64,000 nucleotides of DNA from Podarcis pityusensis (lineage: Eukaryota): NCBI GenBank assembly GCA_964106645.2, contig OZ067046.1; one strand, given 5' to 3'. Shown here piece by piece: positions 1-10,849 of the stretch (position 1 is the first letter of the stretch; each line of letters begins with the position of its first letter). Position numbers and translations under genes: made by a program. Below the pieces are notes generated by a model. It was not told the origin of the DNA and ran no database searches. It saw nothing but the letters and a program-made list of their open reading frames with translations.

Positions 1-129
1 CGGTGGTGGTGGTGCTGGAGGCAGTTGTTCTTCTGGTTCTGTCGTATCTCCAATCATTAATCCAGCTTCAACTGAAATAGCTCCATTTTCTTTGTCATTG
101 ACCAAAGAGACACAATTCATAACATGCAT
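1..129 (-). CDS. FHDC1: FH2 domain-containing protein 1 (formin INF1), first coding exon, partial (runs off window start)
   Basis: The reverse complement from ATG at 129 reads MHVMNCVSLVNDKENGAISVEAGLMIGDTTEPEEQLPPAPPPP. This matches the recalled mammalian FHDC1 N-terminus (MHVMNCVSLVSDKENG...) leading into the poly-Pro FH1 tract. It lies downstream of ARFIP1 on the same strand, as in the known gene order. Confidence 0.93.
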   Translation of the reverse strand, partial: MHVMNCVSLVNDKENGAISVEAGLMIGDTTEPEEQLPPAPPPP

Positions 130-283
130 TTTACAGCCTCTCTCTCTATGAGAGAGAGAGACTTACTTCCTCAGATGTGCATGGAGCACCAAACACACAG
201 TGGCAACTTACTATTTACACACCAGAACTGTTAATTTACCATCAGCGACGGGGAATGCAGGAAATCAGTCATTTCTCAGAAAC
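130..283 (-). other. FHDC1: FHDC1 exon 2, 5'UTR portion
   Basis: Minus-strand acceptor ctaattttgtttctctctgctattattttgttgcag|G: AG at 285-284, polypyrimidine tract and CTAAT branch-like motif. Confidence 0.7.
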
Positions 284-783
284 CTGCAACAAAATAATAG
301 CAGAGAGAAACAAAATTAGACTGGATATGCTGAGTAGCATGGCTGAAGCATCAATTTGTAGGCTGTGTGCAAATAGGATGACCAATCCAGACACACCAAT
401 TAGTAGCCCCACCCTATGGCTCTTGGGCTCGAGGACACACCCCAGTGCCATGTTTGTAAACAACAGAGGCAAGGACCACTGCTTTAAACCTTCATGCCCA
501 AGGCTTGTTAGCCTAGTCTTTGAGTGTACAGACTATGATCCAAAGGAGGAGGTCATGCACATGAGGGATGCCCATGATTTTACTGAAGTAGTTCCATTCC
601 TTATGGGTCAATGTGCTGTTGAAACACCAAAGGACCTTGGCAGTAAAATTGAGCAATGAAATCAAGACCCTACAAATGAAGGCGGCACTTTAATGAAGGA
701 GACAGCCATGACAATCCACAGGGATATTCAAAGAAGTTTATTATGCAACCAGTGTTAGGACATTGTTACTTAATTTTCAGAAG

Positions 784-1119
784 CATAGGAAACTACCTTA
801 CACTGAATCAGACCATTGGTCCATCTATCTAGCTCAGTACTGTCTACAGCAGGCACCCCCAAACTCGGCCCTCCAGATGTTTTGGGACTACAACTCCCAC
901 CATCCCTAGCTAACAGGACCAGTGGTCAGGGATGATGGGAACTATAGTCCCAAAACATCTGGAGGGCTGAGTTTGGGGGTGCCTGGTCTACACTGCCTGG
1001 CAACTGCTCTCCAGAGTTTCAGGCAGGGATGCTCTTCCAGCCCTACCTGGAGATGTCAGAGATTGCACCAGGGACCTCCTGCATTCAAGGCAGATGGTCT
1101 ACCACTGAGCTAATATGGG
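784..1119 (-). mobile_element. tRNA-derived SINE, interrupted by a hAT MITE
   Basis: The minus strand begins TAGCTCAGTGGTAGACCATCTG (A-box-like), followed by a degenerate B-box, and ends ...TTTCCTATG. The two halves join across the MITE target site. Confidence 0.7.
850..985. mobile_element. Non-autonomous hAT MITE (fold-back, 136 bp)
   Basis: Long TIRs CAGGCACCCCCAAACTCGGCCCTCCAGATGTTTTGGGACTA / TAGTCCCAAAACATCTGGAGGGCTGAGTTTGGGGGTGCCTG. 8-bp TSD gtctacag (842-849) / gtctacac (986-993). Confidence 0.9.
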
Positions 1120-1204
1120 ATGTTAATTACATATACAGCTTCGCAAAAGGACAAGTATTATTCATTCCATTAACTGTGTAAATATAAAATTTATTTTAGA
1201 CATG

Positions 1205-1575
1205 ACTTCAGCCCAGTATACCTGAAGGAGCGTCTCCACCCCCATCGTTCAGCCCAGACACTTAGGTCCAGCTTCGAGGGCTTTCTGGCGGTTCCCTCAC
1301 TGCGAGAAGCAAAGTTACAGGGAACCAGGCAGAGGGCCTTCTCAGTAGTGGCGCCCGCCCTGTGGAATGCCCTCCCATCAGATGTCAAGGGAATAAACAA
1401 CTATCTGACTTTTAGAAGACATCCGAAGGCAATCCTGTTTAGGGAAGTTTTTAATGTTTGAAGCTTTATTCTGTTTTTAATGTTCTGTTGAAAGCCACCA
1501 AGAGTGGCTGGGGAAACCCAACCATATGGGTGGGGTAGAAACAATTTCTTCTTCTTCTTCTTCTTCTTATTACTA
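1205..1575 (+). mobile_element. L2-clade LINE 3' fragment
   Basis: Translates PVYLKERLHPHRSAQTLRSS...RAFSVVAPALWNALPSDV...FREVFNV*, typical of the L2 ORF2 C-terminus, followed by a 3'UTR and a (CTT)n/(TTA) tail. Confidence 0.85.
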
Positions 1576-2769
1576 TAGCCTGTACTTCAAAAATTAAGAC
1601 AAATCTCCATTCACCTAATGAGTGAAAATTTGATACTATCTAACACTTTTATTTCATATTTCCACTTGAAATGCAGCTTCCTTGGTTTAAATGCAACACA
1701 AAGGTAATCCGAACTCTTAACAGCAACTTTTATGATAACTAGAGCTACACTAGCTTAATGAAAAAAATATTGAGGTAGTCTTCTCAAACTCATCATACCA
1801 ACACTTAAAACCTTGTTATAACCGCATTAAAAACAAAAAGTTAATTGTAGACCTTGGACTCATCACTTCATCATCACTGCTTATCATTTACATTTCTTTC
1901 ATATCATTAATATCAAGAGTATGGATGCCATGCTACAGTAGGAAGGCATGCTTTACATATTGCATAGTACTATCTAACATTGTTATCCTTAAGCATGCAA
2001 GACTCTTCACAAAAGCTTGCCATGGGAACTTGATGACTAATAATAATAGAACAATGCGCCAAACATTTATTTAATTGCATTGGAATTGTTTAGCAATTTA
2101 GTCATTTCACCTTGTTCAGAGTAACATTTGTATGGAACAGCAAGTTTAGAATTATCCTGAACTGAGTGCAGAAGTCAAGGCTTCCTATGAAAGATATGTA
2201 CATATAGGAAGCCACAGTTTTCAAACTCTGAGAAATTAGTATGAGATCTTGTGAACTGTCAACTTTCTGGAGTCAGGTGTTTACCAACTAAAATCCTCAT
2301 TTTTTTAATTCAGATTTTAAAGGAGAAGTCTGTACACAGCCATAGTCACACACTGACTTTCCGAACCACTGCCCACTTACACAGCAGGACTTGAAACTTA
2401 TATTTAACCAAATGCCATTTTTCCTGCCTTAGAAAATGGTTCTCTATTACAAAACAGATTAAAAAACCACCTATTTGTGTAGCCAGTTACCATTATAAAG
2501 ATTAAAACTAGCTATTTAATTGAAATGTAACAAAGTATACAAAGAAAATGATCTTACCCCTCTATCACCCTGGCAATAAAAGGAAATGCTAATAAACTCT
2601 CCAAATGTACAATGGACTAATTTTTAATTCATTCAAAGTATTTATATGGCACTTTTCAGAGCCATGCTCTCGCAACGCAATGTACACAAGATGTACTGTT
2701 TAAGACACATCAGAATGGTACACATTGCTATCTATGCGAAAGCTTCCCTGAATCACATAAACCATGTAC

Positions 2770-2907
2770 ACTGAGGTGGTTAATTTGTGGTGCTACAGAT
2801 GTTGCTGGACTACAACTCCCATCATTCCCTACCATTGGGCATGCTAGCTGAGTGCTGGTGGAAGCTGGAGTATCACAACGTCTGGAGGGCCACAGGTTAG
2901 CCACCCG
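2770..2907. mobile_element. Degenerate hAT MITE related to 850-985
   Basis: Shares CAGATGTT...GGACTACAACTCCCATCAT and the TCTGGAGGG end motif. Confidence 0.6.
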
Positions 2908-4890
2908 ATTTGTACCCTTGGGGAAGGGGAGCATTGAAAAGAGAGCCTGCACTATAGTGGGGTCCAGGATACTTCAATTATTCAGAAGAGAGTTCTGTAA
3001 CTGTGGTGCCTCCACTGAGAAGGCCGCTTCTGTCATGCTTGACAACCTAACCCTTTACTGCTGGGCACAAGAGCATTTAAAATGATAAACTAGTTAGTAA
3101 TTCCTAGTATATTTTTCATTCTAAATGTAGGAGGCAGTTTATTGCAGAAGCCATGGTCTTAATCTTAAAACCCCCCACACTAAGAGTATTAACAATTTTG
3201 TAAAATTAATATAATTGTTGAAGACCAAATTCTGGATATTGGATAAACCCAAGCAATCCTGATATATTTCGAGAGCAGCCCAACACCTGTTGGCAAAACT
3301 ACGTAATGAAATTCAGCAGCATTGGGTTTAAAAAATAATAATTCCATGGACACACTTCAATGCTTAGACTGCTACTGCAAAGTCAGTAAAATAAATGATC
3401 ATATGTGGAGAGGAAGATGTGTACCTTAAACTCAACATATGTGCAAAGCTAAGAATTTACATAGGCAAACCTGTATGTCCAGATTGCCTCATACCAGTTT
3501 AATGGGAACTTTAAAAGCCGGGACAACAACCATATAATTGTACTGCCGTCATCCAGCAAGTAAAGGCGGCATTGGAAGCAAATACGTATTTTTAAATTTA
3601 GTCTTTTATGGTTTTGAAATCTGAATCATCCTAAAGTGTAAATTCATTCTCTTCTTTTAAAACAACAATTACTTTATTCTCAGTCTTTACCAATGCTTCG
3701 GTGAAACCGTATTTAATTCAAATGATGAAGCAAAAGAATCAGATAAGGAAGAGGGCTTAACCAGGGATGTGGTAAACAGCACAACTGCATTACAGGAACA
3801 CCACAACATTTGAAAACAGTGAACAGAAAAAGGTGAATGGAAAACCCACAAGAAAACGAATGTAGCAGAATTGGTAGAAAGGAAGCAAAACCAGGCAGTT
3901 GCTAAGAACAGAAATTTTAGCAACCAATTACCCTACTTGCATTCCCTAAACATGTGTGGAGAAACATACAAAAGTTGCTAAATATTTTCATTTTAGTAAC
4001 ATACAGATGGGATATCAGACACAGTTATAGCAGAAAAAGGGCACATATTCTTAATTTCTAAACTGCCTTTCCTCCCATGGAATCCCAGGGTGGTTTATAG
4101 ACAAAACACACATAAAACAACCAGTTCTAAAAATAAGAGTATTAAACTATATCCATCAGCCAAAACAATTTCCATAACACAGCAATCAAAAAAAAGACTA
4201 ACTTTGAGGCTCAATATCGCTATCATTACCCGCAAGCCCAAGTGACCAGTTGTGTCTTCAGTGGATACTGGGAAGTTGTCACTGAGAAGGACAAACTAAG
4301 TTCCACAGAGAAGGAATTCCACTGCTACAAAGAATGCCCTTTCTTGTGTCACCAGTGGCCAGATAGGTTTCAGATACATCCAATGAACCACGTTTTAAAG
4401 ATGCGTGAAAGGTACAACTTAAAAAAAAAAACAGACAAGGAAAACTAACACTACAGTCAATAGTACTGGACTTGGAACTACACAGAACAGGTTTAAACCT
4501 TAGATGAGCATGAGACTTGTTGAATAACCTTGGGACAAGTCACCTAAGAACCTCACTCCTAGCCTCAGTTTTTGAGTTCCATAAAATGGGAGTAGTAATT
4601 ATCTATATGGCTGTTGTGAGACTAAGTGAACTGAATAAGGGCCCATTCATGCTTAATGCAGCAGGTTTTTTGTGCCATGGTAAGTATTATGTTGTGACAC
4701 ATAACTATGTAGTTGTGGCCATCAGGGCATCCAGGTACATGTCTACTAGATGTTTAGAAACATGCAAGCCATACTTTAGATCATTTCCCCCTGAATAGCA
4801 TATAGCAAATGCTATGACTGTCTCTAAGTGATTGACAATAACACTACAGAGTTTTTCTTGAATGCTTTCTCCTTTCCTTTGAAGAAAGCT

Positions 4891-4963
4891 ATTGGAATAA
4901 CTCAGTCAGTAGAGCATCAGACACTTAATCTGAGAGTTGTGGGTTCAAGCCCCATGTTGGGCA
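4891..4963 (+). pseudogene. tRNA-Lys-derived pseudogene / SINE head
   Basis: TAACTCAGTCAGTAGAGCATCAGACACTTAATCTGAGAGTTGTGGGTTCAAGCCCCATGTTGGGCA aligns to vertebrate tRNA-Lys (CTT anticodon). The acceptor stem 5' strand is destroyed, there is CpG decay, and an A-run follows. Confidence 0.8.
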
Positions 4964-5070
4964 AAAAATATTTCAGCAAGGGCAAAGCAATTTACGTTAA
5001 CTTAAAGATAAAAACACCATCTGTAAATCAAGTCTGCTATATGCTAGGTTGCATCTCAGTGGCAGAGTTT

Positions 5071-5102
5071 ACTACACTACACTACATTACACTACACTAC
5101 AC
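5071..5102. repeat. (ACACT/ACATT)n pentanucleotide repeat
   Basis: actacactacactacattacactacactacac. Confidence 0.8.
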
Positions 5103-7393
5103 ACATACAATATTTTATTGGGGGGAAAATCTAAGTTTATCAAAGCAGTTTCTTCCCCTTGATACTTTGGGGGAAAACATTTTACTATACTGGCACATGG
5201 TGCTTCCTTCCACAAGTATGAGCTACTAGGATAAAATACTGAAAACTTAAGGTATCTTTCCACAGTAGTTAGCGGATTCCTGATTTTAGCTTTTTTAATA
5301 TGGTTTTTATTGTATGGGTTTTTTGCACTATTGTTCTAAACTAGTTTGATATTTATGAATAGAGGTATATAAACATTTTTATAATATTTTTTAAAACAGC
5401 CACAACACACAAGTGTTGTTGTGCAAGGATGCACAAGTGGGCTTTTTTTCAGTGTCTAAAGGTACACAGAGCCAAGTTACTAAACTGATGGTAACCAGGA
5501 ACCAGTTAACAGACCTGAAGTAGGATCCTTATCCTGTAACTTGTTAGATCTAAAAATTCAACTTCAATACATGATGAAATATGGATTACAAGGACCAAGA
5601 AGTGGGTTTGAGGCATACGGTGAAATTAAAACCATGCTGGGCAAAAAAAGGCATATTAGCGGGGTTTTTACTCAACTGTGCATAACAGACATAGGATAAT
5701 AAGAACACAAGCAAGTCTTGGAGAAGAAAAAGCTTGCAGCAGAAAGAGCACAATTACTATTCTGCATTAGCACAACAATGTAGTTCTTTGTTATAGGAAT
5801 ACTGAAAGATTACTAAAACTTCCTGGGAGTGGGGGAGACAGAATGAAGATGTTGGATTAAAGGTAAATACATCCTGGACAAAGATCATCTATAAGAACAG
5901 AGGTTTATTTTGGATTGCTGGATATTTAAAAAATGAGTTTGATTCTTTAGATTATGCAATAATTATAATGAAATATATCAAGGATTTGCCAGCATGGCAA
6001 GTGGCTTCAGAAGCTATTCAAGACACCCACAGAAATAGATATTTTCCCTTATTCTGGTTATTCTCCATGGCTACAACTCATCTTTTTCTTTGCAAGTCAC
6101 ACAATGTTTGTTTTTTTAATGCAATTCCCGGTCACTGCAAACTTGCATGGGTTTGTGCCCGATTGCTGAAGGGGGGTGGTATTTAACCATCAGCTCTAAA
6201 ATATGTTTTGAAGAATCACGTTGCTTTTTAAATGAGATTACTGCCATTGTTCCAAGACTGGCTTCTTTGATCTACAACTCGTGCATTCAAAAACAGAGCA
6301 GGGGTGCTTGACAACATGCTACTTAATTGAGAAAATCATAGAGTGGTAAAGACAAAGACATCCAACTTAGGACATTTTGTTGCAACAGGGAGGACTGAAT
6401 TGAAGTTAGCTTCCACACTAGACAGTCTAGCTTTCAATATCTGCATTAATAAGCAACCATTCTAAATGTATCACACACATACATAACATTCACAGAAGCC
6501 CAGTAATCCCAAATTACATCTCATGTGCAAGATAAGCATGAATGCTACAAATTAGTCTCTGCTCTGTCCATCAGTAAAGGAAGCAGGTGATGGATGATCT
6601 AAAAGGAAGTGATTAATACATTCCTAATACTGCACTGATGTGCAGAATGAATAGATGCAAGAGGTTGAGGAAGGAGATTCCTTTATAGTCAAGAGGAGAG
6701 GACACAAAACATGACTCCTGAGCAGCATCATAGAGTGGCAAAGATGTTGGGAAGTGGCAAGAGAAGCCACTGCTTTGTTTAATAATTCTACTCTACACAT
6801 CACTTTGATGCAAGTTTTACAAACTGAATTGAAAACTGCCTTCTATGTACATAGCTTTATGATACAATTGTGAAAGAATTCTCTCTGAAGCTCCTCTGTC
6901 CCCACAAGAGCTGAGAAACAGCAAGGTGCGAAAGAAGATATCTACATACCGTGAGCTTTCAGTGGTTATTTGGGCACCATGCACAATTTGCAGTAAGTTC
7001 TTTCTGCAGTATTGCAGCCTTTTTTCTTGGCAAAACTAGAGGATTGCCAGGTTTTTTGAAATGGTAAGTTAAGGTAGTGGTGAAATCACACATGCAAGAT
7101 ATCCACAGATGGGCTTCACCATCTCCCCCACCAAAGACACACCATTCAGACAAGAAGCACAGCAAATGGTAGTAGCTCCCGTACATAGGGATTTGCCATG
7201 GTCACACGCCTAACACTATTTCATATGTTACTTTCTTTTTCCTCAGGGATTGTGTGACCATCCTCAGAGGAGAAGACTAGAAGACATAACCTATTCTATT
7301 TTAAGATTGACACCAATATAGGTTTTATTTTTACTGTAAGCTGCTTTGACACATTTACATCTCTGACCCACTCCAGCTTTTTTTGGAATATGA

Positions 7394-7546
7394 TAGGAAT
7401 AACAGGATTGTAGAGTTGGAAGGGACCTTGAGGATCATCTAGTCCAACCCTCTGCAATGCAGGAATATGCAGTTGCCCCATATGGGGATCGAAGCTGCGA
7501 CCTTGGTGTCATCAGCACCATGCTCTAACCGACTGAGCTGTCCAGT
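7394..7546 (-). mobile_element. SINE with tRNA-Ile-like head and CR1-derived tail
   Basis: Minus strand AGCTCAGTCGGTTAGAGCATGGTGCTGATGACACCAAGGTCGCAGCTTCGATCCCC (tRNA-Ile-like), then ATTCCTGCATTGCAG...CCCTTCCAACTCTACAAT, shared with the CR1 3' ends in this window. Confidence 0.85.
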
Positions 7547-7823
7547 TGTCAAATCCACCTAATGCCAGAATTTTCAAGGAAACCTAGAGTTTATAATAAA
7601 AAAATGAATTTATTATATTTGGGTAGATTTGGGTAGGCTTCTCCGGGTAAAATGTTTCAGAGAACAAAATTTAATATTAAAACAGTGCAACCCAATAATT
7701 TTGCTTCCAGAACTATATTTGAAGTATCATATTTCAGTTCAATTCAGGTTTGTTACAGGCACGTTTCTTAGACTTGCTGAAGGTTCGCTTTAGATAAAAC
7801 ATCCAATTTTTGTTTATTGCAGG

Positions 7824-7824
<1 letters not shown>

Positions 7825-7892
<68 letters not shown>
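7825..7892. repeat. Compound microsatellite (TG)n(TA)n(CA)n
   Basis: Directly visible. Confidence 0.95.
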
Positions 7893-7896
<4 letters not shown>

Positions 7897-8719
7897 TGCA
7901 CGCAAACTGTTGTGTCAGTTGTATCTGCTTTAGGCAAGGGTGTACTTCATTGTGGCACAGCACGGAAACCCAACAATTGGAGAAGGAATTATATGGTTTT
8001 ATTTTGATGCTCTTGTTTTACCCAAGGTCTACCTTAAGGCAAATTCACCATACAGTCCCCAGCGATTCAGGAAAACGAGACTTATCAAACTACACAGCAG
8101 CCTGGAAAACTATTGCTCAATTTGCTTCAGCAGGTGTCTCCTACCCTGTAAGCAAGTACGAGAGTAAAACTGGAGGCTATTGCCACACACTTTGCTGCAT
8201 GTGGGATAACAGCCTGAACAACCAGTCTGGAAGGAACTGGCGTTTCAATTCTAAGAGGTCTTAGGGTTGGTTCCCATACAACCCAGGTGTTCAGGTTACA
8301 CAGGTGGGGTGCGGTAGTGAGCCTCACATAGGGCCCTGCTTTACATTAAAGGGTGTGAGTGAGTGCTGGGCGGCCAGGAGGGGGATGTGCATACCTAAGG
8401 CTCGCTCTCACAGCGCCATCATACGTAGCATATACACACCTGTGTTCTGCACAAAAAAGATACTCACAGCTGCTTTGCAATGTAAAAGCTGATGCACAAC
8501 GGCACAGTTAGGTAATTCTAAACTCTGGAGAGGAAGGGGGCACCTTTCAGTTGGTAACGTGTATCACTTCACATGCTTCAAAACTGTGGTGTGCTAGCTC
8601 TGCTATGTTTGGAGAGCCTCTCTGCTCATCCTCCTCCTTAGTGCGACCAAGGACCTCTGTAGTGCCACACCAGGGGAACTTGAACACCTTGCTGCAAAAG
8701 TGACACGCAAGGCTGAGTG

Positions 8720-8866
8720 GAATCACAGAGTCATAGAATTGTAGAGTTGGAAGGGACCCTGAGGATCATCTAATCCAACCCCCTGCAATGCAGGAATATG
8801 CAGCCGGGGATTGAACCTGCAACCTTGGCATTATCAGCACCATACTCTAACCAGCTGAGCTATCCA
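8720..8866 (-). mobile_element. Second copy of tRNA-Ile/CR1-tail SINE
   Basis: Near-identical to 7394-7546, with a short internal deletion and an (ATTCTATG)-type CR1 tail. Confidence 0.85.
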
Positions 8867-10798
8867 TACATTTAAAGCACATGACTGTCCCCAGAGGAAC
8901 CTGGAAACTGTGGCTTCAGGGGGCACACGACAGTTTCCTGCATTCTTTGAAGGAAAATATTTGCTTTAAATGTATGTTGTGTGCACAGCAAAGATCCCTT
9001 TGAGTACATTATACCAAAAGTGCTAAACGAACAAGACAACTGTGCAATGGAATGGTGCTGCTTAGAATATGTAAGACCAATTTATACTTTATTATTTAAT
9101 AGAGACAAGACTAATGGGAGAGAACAGAATTCCAGTCTACATCTAAAGCAAGTAGACCATCACCAGGTTTAGGCAACAAATTACAAATTGTTCATTCATC
9201 TGGGTCTGTCTGATAGTAATCAGCACCAGGGATCCATAGACAAATTGGGATTGCTCCAGAAATAAGCTACATTTGCCTTTTCACCATTTGTTTATATTCT
9301 TCCAAACAAACGGGCTACCATTAAAATATCTGTAAAATAAAATAAAAGGTCTACAGCAATATTCAGCTGTATTCAATATAAAGCAAGCATAGGAGGGAGA
9401 GATCCTGCCACAAGCAATGAGTGCAGAATAAACTTCAAAATACCTGCTTCCATATCAGAACTGTGATGCCTAAAGTTTCACATATACCACAGACTTTCAA
9501 TCAACTCAGTGCTCCAATGTAACATATCATCATTCATGCAAAATTGGTAAAGAGAGCAACTAACCACAGATACTGCAGCAACTATTGTTATGCATTAGCA
9601 GGAGCTCAATGAATGGCACTTGAAATCCCACTCATTCCCAAAAAGAAACAAACACAAGCCTGTTTTGCTTAGCATGATAAACGATATAGCCCAATACTAT
9701 ACATTTAAACTGGGAACAAAGTCCATGTGATTTCCATGGAAAGGCCCTGAATCTTTCCATGCAGTGCTAATGCTAATTGTTCCTTGCCAGCAATTCACAT
9801 AATACCCCATTGCTCAGAAGCAAATCCATTGCTGGCAGTTTTCAGTTTGTCATTACTGAAAACCACAATATTGCATTAACCAGGTGAACATTACTTCTGG
9901 TAGCACAACTACTGAAAGCAAAGTGATGTGTGGATGTTATTGGCGATTTTGTTGCTGGCATCTACTGGCAGGCACCTGTAACCTCAGAGCACCCTCTTCT
10001 CAAATGTTGCTTTGCAAAATTGAATTTGCAAAGTTGGAGAGAATATCCTCCCCAGAAGCCTATGTACAATTCTCTTTAAAGAGGATACTGAGATATAATG
10101 ACACACTGGTGTTCTTTGGGGCTACCACCAGTGAGCCACTAAAAGGATGGGGTTTCAGCACCTTGAATCAACCTTAAGATACCTTCTGGAATAAAAGAGA
10201 GTTCTCTTAAAAGCAACACACTTTGTATAAATCAGACCAAAAGAAATGTTATAGTCCCAGCTCAAGCAATTAACCCAAATGTCCCTCTGGCTAGCAGCAC
10301 AACATGCAATTTAAGGCTACTGGAGGTTGTAAAAAAGCCTGTTTTTGCAACAGAAAAAAAATACACCCCACCCTTAAATATCTGAAAAACAATTTTAATT
10401 TCTCTTTTGCCTACTTGCAACCTGCACTTCACAAGCTAAAAGGCACCTCCTCCGTGCTAATAAAAGCAAAAGTGGAGGGGGCATGAACTCGGAATAGAAT
10501 TGTCTTGTCCACCCAAGACCACCCAAGAGGGGCTGGGCATGAAAATGCGACTACTAGTTGATCATTAAGAAAAAGGTTCACCTACGTTTGCCCCGGTCCT
10601 GGTTTGGTTAACAATCGTTGCCTGGATGCAACACTTGAAATTGGAAACTCCATTGTTAGCCAGTGTTTTATAGGGAGTGTGGTGTGATTTAAACAACAAA
10701 AAACCGAGACAGACTCTTCTCTCTGCTCCCTCCCCCTTTTCAGATGAACGGCAACAAAAGTGTAAAACGCCCCTTCCCTCATCATCACCCTCCCCAAC

Positions 10799-10828
10799 AT
10801 TATTACTATTATTATTATTATTATTATT
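10799..10828. repeat. (TTA)n microsatellite
   Basis: Directly visible. Confidence 0.9.
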
Positions 10829-10849
10829 TAATTGCTTGTTTTGTTTCAG

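Noticed and set aside
177-659. 160-aa plus-strand ORF
   Set aside because: Non-ATG start, antisense to FHDC1 exon 2/intron 1, and no recognisable domain.
4891-4963. Functional tRNA-Lys gene
   Set aside because: The acceptor stem cannot pair and there is CpG decay; kept as a pseudogene/SINE head.
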